From the IMG/VR virus record IMGVR_UViG_3300045988_120875, positions 1-37,917 of that record: a stretch of DNA of 37,917 nucleotides; one strand, 5' to 3'. Positions within the stretch are counted from its first letter, which is position 1; every line of letters starts with the position of its first letter. The notes below the pieces were generated by a model. The model made no database searches. It was not told the origin of the DNA and worked only from the letters and a program-made list of their open reading frames with translations. Of this stretch, positions 29,838-37,831 are shown piece by piece. The position numbers were made by a program, and so were the translations under genes. This stretch comes from a virus.

Positions 29838-32800
29838 ATGGGTAAGCTGGTGTATATCAAAACCGGGCAGGCTGTGAACGGCGGGCAGAGCGCTCCATCA
29901 TCCGGTCGGGGTCTGATGCACTTAGACGGTACGCCGGTCGAGCGAAAGAGTGGGACCCAACCCGCCAAGGCCAAGGAGACGAAGGCCGTTACGCCTTCTG
30001 CCTCCCCCCGGCCTATGGAGAACGCCAGCACCGGGAACAGCCGACCCAACAGCCGCCTGCTGGCAGACGTGCGGACCGGCGGCACCACGCCCCCCTCTCT
30101 GGATAACGGGCGGACGGGGAAGGTAATTTCCGGTGCGGTGAAGTCCGTCGGCTCCGCCTATACAAATCTGGGCGGTGTGCTGGCAGAGGGGGCCGGAAAG
30201 CTGAATACCCGCATTGCCAACCAGAACGCCGGGGATTCCCTGCAAAGCGACCATGACGCGGTGAAGCGGTATGAGAAGATGCTCCGGGACGTGAAGTGGG
30301 CCAACGGCAAGGCCATGACGGCGGCGGACGTGAAGCAGGTGCAGGGCTACCTTGCCAGCGCCAAACGCCGCATCGCGGCCCACGAGGGCTACACCAAGGC
30401 GGTGGAGCGGTCCGACAAGGCGGTGGCGGACAAGGCGTATCAGAAGGCGGACCGTCTGTCCCAAAGCTCCGCTGCGGATGTGGCACAGGCCAAGGAAGGG
30501 CTGGGGCCGGTGGGCCAATTCGCCGTGGATCTGGGCGTTCAGGGTGTACAGATGGCGGGAGACGTGGCGGCCAGCGCCGTGATCCCCGGAGCCGGTCTTG
30601 CCCTGATGACGGCCCGTTCCGCCGGAAGCAGCGCCCAACAGGCCAGACAGGCCGGGGCCACCTATGGCCAGCAGCTTGCCTACGGACTGGGAAGCGGCGC
30701 TCTGAGCCTTGCCACGGAGAAGATCAGCAACGTGGCAGGCCCCTTCAAGAAGGCGTTCGGCGCGGGTCTTGCTGATAAGGCGGCTGGCAAATTGATCGCA
30801 AAATTTGGAGAGAGTACAGCCGCTCAGATCATGAGCAGTTTAGCCAAGCGGCCAGCGGGTAAATTGGCCCTCTCCATGATCTCCGAGGGCGGAGAAGAAT
30901 TTCTGGAAGATGTTGTCCAACCCATTTTGCAGCGGGCCACCTATGACCCCTCCGCCAAGTTTGATTGGGGCGATGCGCTGTATGACGCGGCGGTGGGCGC
31001 TGCTATGGGCGGTATCGGCGCTGGCGCTGACGTTATCCGGCAGCGTGGAAACGGTCAGGCGGACGCACAGCCCACGCAGGAGGTGCGCCCAGAGGTACGG
31101 GATGGTATTGATACCCCCACCCCCGCAAACGCCGCAGAGAGCACGCAAAACGCCGCCCCCGGTGTGGATACGGCGGGCAGGCTGACGAGCACGGACAATA
31201 TGTTGCGGTATCGAAGCGATATTGACAAGGTTTTTTCGGGAGACTATCCAAGCGGCAAATTGCTGTCTGTTGGGGACACGCCGGAGCTTTTGACCCGTTA
31301 CGGGGCAAACCCGCTTCCGATGACAATGACGCAAGATGCAGCTTATAAAATCGCATACCCGGAAGGGTATATGGGCGGCAAACATAATTTGGGTATGTCT
31401 GTTCTAAAGCAGCTCCCCTATCAAATCGAAAACCCAGTTGCGATTTTAAAGTCGAACACACAGCCAAGCAGCATTGTGTTGCTGACCGCGTGGAAAGACG
31501 GCGACAAGAGCATTATTGTCCCGCTGCATCTAGACAAGCAGGGAGCAATCAGTGTGGAAAATAGAATTGCCAGCGCTTACCAGACAGGCCACATGCAAAG
31601 CTATCTTGGAGAAGCAGACAGCAATGTGCTCTACACAAAAAACAACGAGGACGTCCATCAGCTTCTTTCCAATGGGGTACAATTCCCCAAGGCGATGGCT
31701 GATGACATCCTCGCTAAGAACAATATATCACAGGCAGAAGCAAAAAGCAACCGGGATATTCTCTCTGAGATTCTGTTTGGGAAGAAACGGGCGGATATGA
31801 ATGCCATGACGCCGGAGCAGCAAAGCGCCATATATCAGGCCAATGAAGCCGGAACCGTTGGCATGGACGCCACCGGCAAGGTGTTCCAGATCGACCCGGA
31901 GCAGCACATCGACCGGCGGCGGATGGAGACGGTGGGCGGCAGAGACGTAAACGCCTTCCAGTTCGACCACCCGGAGCTGCACCGCTATTATCAGGAAGCG
32001 GCCAACGCCCTGATCGCGGATGCAGACCTCTCCCTCCAGCAGCCCATGAGCCGCCGTTACGAGCGGACCATGGAGGGCAACGCCGTCCAGCAGGCGGCGC
32101 AGACCTCGCCCCACCTGCGTCAGGCCATGGATGAAACCGGGCTTTCCCGTGACGCCATCATCGACGCAGCCCAGCGGATCATCACCGATCAGGGGCAGGA
32201 GAACGTGGCGGCGGCCAAGCGGGTGGAGTTGATTCTGGACGATATGCTCTCTAACGGCTATACCACCATGACCGGCGAACAGGTGGGACCCAACAGCGGG
32301 TATCTCACCGCCAAGCAGAGCATTTTGGGCGCGGGTGAGACGCAGGCCAGAGGGCACGGGCTGGATGGGATTGACGGCTATGACGGCCTCGGCAACGCAG
32401 ACGCCGGGACGGTGAACACGCCCTTTGATGCCATGCAGGCCAAGAGTGATGAGTTTTACCCGGTCAATCCCAACAGCGCAAAGCGGGTGCAGAATGACCA
32501 GCGGCGGGCATCCTCTGAGGTCCCCGTTGTGAACCCTGATACCGGGCGGAACGTGGAGAAAACGGTCTCTACCATTCTGAACAGCCCCCTGACCTCCCCG
32601 GAAATGGCGACCGTGTATGAAAACGCCATTGCAGGCGGCGCGTTCGATTATGACGTGGTGACGGACCGGAGCGCCGTACAGCAGGCACAGACCAAGATCG
32701 CGCGGGACGGCTGGCGCGAGGTGGCGAACAGTTTCATTGCCAAGGCGGAGCTGGGTCAGCGGATCACCAAGGCAGACACCGCCGAGGCTATCAGCGCCTA

Positions 32801-35228
32801 CAACCTTGCCATTTCCGAAAAAGACCACAAGGCCGCTTTTGAGCTGGCAACGGCCATTGCGAACGCGGCCCATGACAGCGCACAGATGGTGCAGGCCATG
32901 AACCTGATGAACCGGTTGACGCCGGAGGGCCGTCTGCTGACGCTGCGGCGGCTGGTAGACCGGATGAATGACCGGGCGGCGCGGCAGAACCGGACGCCTC
33001 GGCAGAGTACCCCCAACAGCGGAGACGTAGAAAGCGCACGGGTGGACTACATCGACAAGGTGACAGGCTTCACCCTCTCTGACGAGCTGGCCACCAACTA
33101 CCTGATGGCAGAGACGGACGCGGAGCGGGCGGCGGCGTGGGACGCCATCACCACCTCCATTGCAGACCAGATCCCCAGAACGTTCCGGGAGAAGGCCAAT
33201 TTCTGGCGGTATACCTCCATGCTGACCAACCCAACCACCCACATCCGCAACATCATGGGCAACGCCATTCAGATGGGTGCGCGAAAGATCAAGAACGGCA
33301 TCGGAACCGCAATCGAGCGGGCGGTCATCAAGGATCCCTCTCAGCGGACAAAGGCCGTGAATGTTGACAAGGATCTGAAAGCCTTTGCCAAGGGCCAGTA
33401 TGAGACGGACCAGAGCGCAGCCATGGGCAGCGGGAAGTATTCCGACGCCACGGCGGCAGGTATTGAGCGTGAGATCCAGAGCAAGCGGAAAATGTTCAAG
33501 GGGGAGGACGTTCTCTCCCGTGCCGTGCAGGGCATCGGAGACCTGAACAGCCGCGCCCTTGATTATGAGGATGTGATTTTCAACCGGAACGCCTATGTGG
33601 ACAGCTTCGCCCAAGCACTGCAAGCCAAGGGCGTGACGGCGGCAGAGGCCCACGCGGGCACCAGAGCCGCAGACGTGGAGGCGGCACGGGCCTACGCCAT
33701 TGAGGAAGCGCAGAAGGCCACTTACCGCAACACCACGGCGCTTTCTGAGGCGCTGTCCAAGATGGGGCGGTATCAGGGGGATGACCCGGTATTAAAGGTC
33801 GCATCCTTTGCGGCAGACGCCTTCCTCCCCTTCCGCAAGACCCCGGCCAACATCCTGACCACGGGCCTTGATTACAGCCCTGTTGGGCTGGCCAAGGGCA
33901 TTAAGGAAGCCATGGTGGACGTGAAATCCGGGAAATGCACGGCGGCGGATGCCGTGGATTCCCTTGCATCCGGTCTCACCGGCACCGGGATTCTGGCGCT
34001 GGGCGCTTATCTGGCGGCAGAGGGACTGCTCCACGTGCGGGCCGGTGACGATGATAAGGAAGAAGATTTTGAAAAGGCCATGGGGGGGCAGGACTATGCT
34101 ATTCAGATCGGGGACAAGTCCTATACATTGGACTGGGCGCTTCCGGCAGCAATGCCGCTGTTTGCAGGGGCCTCCCTCGAAAAGTCTTTGGAGAAAGGCG
34201 GCAATACATTTGATGCTTTCGCAGATGCCATCAAGAATATCAGCAGCGTTGTTTGGGAAACCTCTATGCTGTCCGCCCTGAATGATCTGGTCTCCTATTG
34301 GAGTTATGCGGATGATCCGGGGGCATATCTTATCAGCAAGGCGGCCAGCAGCTACGCCGGACAGTATATCCCCACCATCGGCAGCAAGGTCGCCTCCGTA
34401 TTTGATGATACGGCGCGCAAAAGCTATGTGGAAGAGGGTTCCGGGCAGGTAGCCTCTGACGTGAACTATTTCTTGCAGGGGGCGGCGAAGAAGGTCCCCG
34501 GCGCACGGAATCAGCTTCAGCCTCTCGTGGACATGTGGGGCAATGAGGTCTCCAACGGCTCCGCGCCGGAGCGGGTGTTCCAGTCCTTCCTTTCCCCCGG
34601 CTTCCTGAAAGCGCAGGACAACAGCCCCGCCACGCAGGAGATCCGGCGGCTGGCAAAGGCCACCGGGGAAAGCGCCGTTTATCCGGCGGCGGCGGAGAAG
34701 TCCTTCATGGTCAACGGAGAGACCAAATACCTGACGGGTGAAGAATATACCAAATACGCCAAGGCCATGGGCCAGACGCGGAAGGAGCTGGTGGAGGCAG
34801 CGGTGAAGCTGCCCGCCTACAAGTCCATGAGCGACAGTGAAAAGGCGGACTACATCCAGAACGTTTACAAGTACGCCAGAGAGACGGCCCGCCAGCAGGT
34901 TGACCCCAAGTATGAACCCAGTGACAAGTGGATTGAGAACGCCAAAACGTCCAAGCGGGACATCGGCGTATCCACCGGGGAATTTCTGGCCCTGTATCAG
35001 AAGTACGGCAGCGAGAAAATGAGCGGGAAAGCCTACGAGAAGGTAAAGCAGGCGCATGATGCCGGACTTTCCCCCAAGGAGTATTTCTCCCTGAAGGACA
35101 AGGCCGATGCAGACGGCAACGGCAAGGTCAGCAAGGCGGAGGCCAGCGCCGCCCTTGCCGGTCAGGAGAACCGGGCGGACCTGTGGAGCCTGCTGTGCAC
35201 CACTGGAGCCAAGAACCCCTATAAGTAA
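29838..35228 (+). CDS. 1796-aa giant polyvalent-type virion / DNA-ejection protein
   Basis: ATG at 29838 follows AAGGGG. It has a Gly/Ala-rich hydrophobic N-terminal region like minor-head/tape-measure cores, an internal low-GC module resembling MuF-C/PBECR effector domains, and a C-terminal DADGNGKVSKAE EF-hand-like loop. Confidence 0.6.
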   Translation: MGKLVYIKTGQAVNGGQSAPSSGRGLMHLDGTPVERKSGTQPAKAKETKAVTPSASPRPMENASTGNSRPNSRLLADVRTGGTTPPSLDNGRTGKVISGAVKSVGSAYTNLGGVLAEGAGKLNTRIANQNAGDSLQSDHDAVKRYEKMLRDVKWANGKAMTAADVKQVQGYLASAKRRIAAHEGYTKAVERSDKAVADKAYQKADRLSQSSAADVAQAKEGLGPVGQFAVDLGVQGVQMAGDVAASAVIPGAGLALMTARSAGSSAQQARQAGATYGQQLAYGLGSGALSLATEKISNVAGPFKKAFGAGLADKAAGKLIAKFGESTAAQIMSSLAKRPAGKLALSMISEGGEEFLEDVVQPILQRATYDPSAKFDWGDALYDAAVGAAMGGIGAGADVIRQRGNGQADAQPTQEVRPEVRDGIDTPTPANAAESTQNAAPGVDTAGRLTSTDNMLRYRSDIDKVFSGDYPSGKLLSVGDTPELLTRYGANPLPMTMTQDAAYKIAYPEGYMGGKHNLGMSVLKQLPYQIENPVAILKSNTQPSSIVLLTAWKDGDKSIIVPLHLDKQGAISVENRIASAYQTGHMQSYLGEADSNVLYTKNNEDVHQLLSNGVQFPKAMADDILAKNNISQAEAKSNRDILSEILFGKKRADMNAMTPEQQSAIYQANEAGTVGMDATGKVFQIDPEQHIDRRRMETVGGRDVNAFQFDHPELHRYYQEAANALIADADLSLQQPMSRRYERTMEGNAVQQAAQTSPHLRQAMDETGLSRDAIIDAAQRIITDQGQENVAAAKRVELILDDMLSNGYTTMTGEQVGPNSGYLTAKQSILGAGETQARGHGLDGIDGYDGLGNADAGTVNTPFDAMQAKSDEFYPVNPNSAKRVQNDQRRASSEVPVVNPDTGRNVEKTVSTILNSPLTSPEMATVYENAIAGGAFDYDVVTDRSAVQQAQTKIARDGWREVANSFIAKAELGQRITKADTAEAISAYNLAISEKDHKAAFELATAIANAAHDSAQMVQAMNLMNRLTPEGRLLTLRRLVDRMNDRAARQNRTPRQSTPNSGDVESARVDYIDKVTGFTLSDELATNYLMAETDAERAAAWDAITTSIADQIPRTFREKANFWRYTSMLTNPTTHIRNIMGNAIQMGARKIKNGIGTAIERAVIKDPSQRTKAVNVDKDLKAFAKGQYETDQSAAMGSGKYSDATAAGIEREIQSKRKMFKGEDVLSRAVQGIGDLNSRALDYEDVIFNRNAYVDSFAQALQAKGVTAAEAHAGTRAADVEAARAYAIEEAQKATYRNTTALSEALSKMGRYQGDDPVLKVASFAADAFLPFRKTPANILTTGLDYSPVGLAKGIKEAMVDVKSGKCTAADAVDSLASGLTGTGILALGAYLAAEGLLHVRAGDDDKEEDFEKAMGGQDYAIQIGDKSYTLDWALPAAMPLFAGASLEKSLEKGGNTFDAFADAIKNISSVVWETSMLSALNDLVSYWSYADDPGAYLISKAASSYAGQYIPTIGSKVASVFDDTARKSYVEEGSGQVASDVNYFLQGAAKKVPGARNQLQPLVDMWGNEVSNGSAPERVFQSFLSPGFLKAQDNSPATQEIRRLAKATGESAVYPAAAEKSFMVNGETKYLTGEEYTKYAKAMGQTRKELVEAAVKLPAYKSMSDSEKADYIQNVYKYARETARQQVDPKYEPSDKWIENAKTSKRDIGVSTGEFLALYQKYGSEKMSGKAYEKVKQAHDAGLSPKEYFSLKDKADADGNGKVSKAEASAALAGQENRADLWSLLCTTGAKNPYK

Positions 35229-35231
35229 GAA

Positions 35232-35265
35232 AACACCCTCGCCGATTGGCGGGGGTGTTTTGTTT
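35232..35265. terminator. Bidirectional intrinsic terminator between the convergent late and early arms
   Basis: 12-bp stem AACACCCTCGCC / GGCGGGGGTGTT, with TTTGTTT on the plus strand and a T-rich run on the minus strand. Confidence 0.8.
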
Positions 35266-35270
35266 GGGGT

Positions 35271-35573
35271 TTACATCATGGACAGGAGCGATTTCACATG
35301 GGCGGTGCGGTCCAGCATCCGCTCATGCTCCCAGTCCCAGACGGCTTTCTCGGCCTCCGTAGGATGGAGACCGGCGTCCTTCGCCTTTTCGATATGGCGG
35401 ATGGCCATTTCATGAAGCCGGTTGGCATGGCCCAGCTCCTGACGGCTGAGGTCGGCGTAGGTGCTGGCGTCCTCCGGGTCCTCCCCGGCGTGCTTGACGG
35501 CCTCCCGGGCGTACTTCTCGGCATCGTCCAGCTCCTCCCGGATCTGCTCTGCCAAGTGTTTGATCTCGTTCAT
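35271..35573 (-). CDS. Hypothetical helical protein (half-ferritin-like ExxH motif; speculative)
   Basis: 100 aa with an AGGAGGA RBS. It has EELDDAEKYA and RQELGHANRLHE helices. Confidence 0.5.
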   Translation of the reverse strand: MNEIKHLAEQIREELDDAEKYAREAVKHAGEDPEDASTYADLSRQELGHANRLHEMAIRHIEKAKDAGLHPTEAEKAVWDWEHERMLDRTAHVKSLLSMM

Positions 35574-35582
35574 ACGATCCTC

Positions 35583-35921
35583 CTAACTCTGCTTGATGAG
35601 GGTGTAGAGCTTATCCACATCCGTTTCATTCAGCGTGACGTTCCCGATCAGGGGGATATTGGTGGTGACGGGGCCTTTGGCGGCTTCGGTTTTCAGGCAG
35701 GTGTAGATCTTGTCAATATCTACGTTCCCCGCCTCGTCAAAGACGCCGAGGGCCTTTACGGCGGGATGCTCCCGGAGGGCGGAAAGGCTGGCGTCCAGAT
35801 TGCCCAGGGCCATAGCAGCCCCGGCGCCGACCGCCCATTTCTGCCAGCCGGTGAGCTTGCCGGTAAATTCCTCATCCACATAGCGGGCAGCGCCCTGCTT
35901 GATCTGTTCCAATGTTACCAT
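35583..35921 (-). CDS. Hypothetical protein (112 aa)
   Basis: ATG at 35921 lies 5 nt after GGAGGA. Confidence 0.5.
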   Translation of the reverse strand: MVTLEQIKQGAARYVDEEFTGKLTGWQKWAVGAGAAMALGNLDASLSALREHPAVKALGVFDEAGNVDIDKIYTCLKTEAAKGPVTTNIPLIGNVTLNETDVDKLYTLIKQS

Positions 35922-35940
35922 AGATTCCTCCAATGACGGG

Positions 35941-35965
35941 AGAGAGGGGCGCTATGCCCCTCTCT
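35941..35965 (-). other. 10-bp intercistronic hairpin
   Basis: AGAGAGGGGC / GCCCCTCTCT, between the stop at 35983 and the start at 35921. Confidence 0.5.
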
Positions 35966-35982
35966 TCTTCCCTCTGCGCCTC

Positions 35983-36576
35983 TTAGCGACCGCAGTTGCA
36001 GTCGCAGGTGGAGACGGGGAGGGGGTTATAGGTGGACTGGGGCGTGGTGCCGGTGCCGGTGGTGATGTCCGCGACCATTTTGGGATAAAAGGTGGCGTTC
36101 GTGTAAGTGACAATGGTATTGTCAGCGCACTTCCGTTCGTCCCGCTCCCGGGAAATGGCCCCGCACAGCTCGTTCTTGCAGCAGTCCATACGCTCCTGCA
36201 ACAGCTGGAAGCTGTCCTTGGTGGCCTGATTACTGATCGCCTGAGAAGCCAGCACACCCTGTACCTCGCCCAGCTTGCCGTCGATGTACTTATACATCTC
36301 CAGCATCTTCTGGTCCTGGTAGGTGTTGGCATCCCGCAGGGCAATGTCACTGCGGAGCTTGGCGTTCTCCTGCACCATGGACAGCTCGTAGCGGTTGACC
36401 GTGTGGTTCTCGCTGCATCCGGCCTCCGCCGCCATACCAGCGGCAAAGGGGATGACGCGATTGCCCAGCAGCATCCCGCCGAGACCGCCCAGAGAGTTTA
36501 GGACGCCCAGAGACAGACCGGCAATGCCGGTGCCGAGAGCAGTGCCTGCGACGCCCTTGCTTGCAAATTCAGCCAT
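35983..36576 (-). CDS. Glycine-zipper membrane / coiled-coil / Cys-rich-tail protein (197 aa), function unknown
   Basis: GAAGGAGGA RBS. The N-terminus is GVAGTALGTGIAGLSLGVLNSLGGLGGMLLG (GxxxG repeats), the middle is heptad-like and the C-terminus is CDCNCGR. Confidence 0.6.
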   Translation of the reverse strand: MAEFASKGVAGTALGTGIAGLSLGVLNSLGGLGGMLLGNRVIPFAAGMAAEAGCSENHTVNRYELSMVQENAKLRSDIALRDANTYQDQKMLEMYKYIDGKLGEVQGVLASQAISNQATKDSFQLLQERMDCCKNELCGAISRERDERKCADNTIVTYTNATFYPKMVADITTGTGTTPQSTYNPLPVSTCDCNCGR

Positions 36577-36620
36577 AGAGAGATTCCTCCTTCTCTAAAA
36601 ATACACCCCCTGTTTCCGCG

Positions 36621-36670
36621 CGCAAAACAAGCGGTGCTCTATGGTTACCGTACCACAGGACACCGCTTGT
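36621..36670 (-). terminator. Intrinsic terminator after the sigma-region-4-like gene
   Basis: On the minus strand, ACAAGCGGTG...CACCGCTTGT (10 bp) followed by TTTGCG. Confidence 0.6.
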
Positions 36671-36676
36671 CATGGT

Positions 36677-36895
36677 CTAAGGATGTTTTTTGTTTGGGCG
36701 GGAGATGCCTGCTTTATCCCGGATGGAGTGCAGGCAGGCGTTTACGGAGGAACGGGATAGGTACAGCTCTGCCGCCGCGTCCTCGATCGCCCAGCCACGG
36801 CGGCAAACCAGATTGAACACGCGCCGCTCCCGGTCGGTGAGATAACGGCACTGCTCCATTTTTTGGAGCTGCTGGACGGTGTATCGGTATTTCAT
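36677..36895 (-). CDS. Small sigma-70 region-4 / LuxR-type HTH regulator (candidate late-gene activator)
   Basis: YLTDRERRVFNLVCRRGWAIEDAAAELYLSRSSVNACLHSIRDK. RBS is AAAGGAGG. Confidence 0.6.
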   Translation of the reverse strand: MKYRYTVQQLQKMEQCRYLTDRERRVFNLVCRRGWAIEDAAAELYLSRSSVNACLHSIRDKAGISRPNKKHP

Positions 36896-36949
36896 ATTGG
36901 GCCTCCTTTATGAAGTGCCCCTCCCCTTTTGATCTACCGATGCAGGTAG

Positions 36950-37150
36950 TCAGGACCCCTGCGCGTCTATCATGGCTAACAGCTTTTCCAGATCGTAAAA
37001 ATTCCGCGGGTTCAGCCCGGTTTCCCGCTGAATGAGCCGAAAGCGGTAGCGGATGGAGTTATAGTGCAGGTAAACCGCGCCGCCGGTCTTTTTCATGCTC
37101 ATGTTGTTCTCCGCATAGGTTTTCAGCAGTTTTTTGTCCCGATCCTCCAT
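36950..37150 (-). CDS. PucR/CdaR-type C-terminal HTH protein (66 aa)
   Basis: MSMKKTGGAVYLHYNSIRYRFRLIQRETGLNPRNFYD matches the PucR HTH pattern (H.NT..YRL..I...TG). RBS is AAAGGAGG. Confidence 0.65.
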   Translation of the reverse strand: MEDRDKKLLKTYAENNMSMKKTGGAVYLHYNSIRYRFRLIQRETGLNPRNFYDLEKLLAMIDAQGS

Positions 37151-37153
37151 AGC

Positions 37154-37327
37154 TTACCTCCTTTTATTGCATTGGGCGGCTGGCAACTTTTCGATAGCAA
37201 TTTTAGTTTCACACAACTTACGATACATTGCGTGTTCAAAGCCTTTGAATGGCTTAAACTGCTGAAATTCGTTCTCTAATTCGGTCAGCAGATTGACCAC
37301 TTTATGTTTCTCGATGTACTCAGCCAT
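37154..37327 (-). CDS. Hypothetical protein (57 aa)
   Basis: The ATG at 37327 after GGTGGAAAG is preferred over the track start at 37339. Confidence 0.45.
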   Translation of the reverse strand: MAEYIEKHKVVNLLTELENEFQQFKPFKGFEHAMYRKLCETKIAIEKLPAAQCNKRR

Positions 37328-37328
37328 C

Positions 37329-37472
37329 TTACTTTCCACCCAACAAGTACAGTTTCAGCCACAGTGGAATGTCGGCGGTTAAAATGCTTTTGAAATAAAA
37401 CACGATAAACGCAATGCCAGCGGCTATAACCATCGTCCAAAAGGCTATCATCAACCAGTCTTTCAGCTTCAT
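37329..37472 (-). CDS. 47-aa single-TM micro-protein
   Basis: Hand translation gives MKLKDWLMIAFWTMVIAAGIAFIVFYFKSILTADIPLWLKLYLLGGK. RBS is GGAGGTG, and the start abuts the upstream stop (TGAATG). Confidence 0.5.
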   Translation of the reverse strand: MKLKDWLMIAFWTMVIAAGIAFIVFYFKSILTADIPLWLKLYLLGGK

Positions 37473-37793
37473 TCAGCACCTCCGTTCTTTCTCTCCGCGG
37501 CTGCAAAATTCGGCTGGTGCGACCTCCATGCCGCTCATTCGACAGGTGGGAATTCCTTTCCCATTGACGTTGACCGCGACGAGGTGCTTGCAGTCCTTGC
37601 AGCGCACCACCGGCACAGAAGCATCTTCCGTTAGAGCAAGATAGGCGAGAGCAAGGGGCCGACTATGATGCAATAGATCATCTTCGTCTATGTATTGTGC
37701 GATATGTTCGATGGTTGCAATAGCTTCTTGCTTTAGGTCGGCACCGCAGTTGAGATCATGCGTGTAGTGCATCAGTTTTTCTCTAAGCGTCAT
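37473..37793 (-). CDS. Hypothetical protein with a C-terminal Cys cluster (CKDCKH...C...FCS)
   Basis: ATG at 37793 lies 6 nt after GGAGGTG. Confidence 0.55.
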   Translation of the reverse strand: MTLREKLMHYTHDLNCGADLKQEAIATIEHIAQYIDEDDLLHHSRPLALAYLALTEDASVPVVRCKDCKHLVAVNVNGKGIPTCRMSGMEVAPAEFCSRGEKERRC

Positions 37794-37831
37794 GGTCAGC
37801 ACCTCCGTCCTTTCTCTCGCCGTAGATGTAC

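Noticed and set aside
37285-37506. 73-aa minus-strand track ORF.
   Set aside because: It overlaps two better-supported small genes (37154..37327 and the hand-found 37329..37472 TM peptide, which has a GGAGGTG RBS). Its own sequence looks non-protein-like and it has no RBS.
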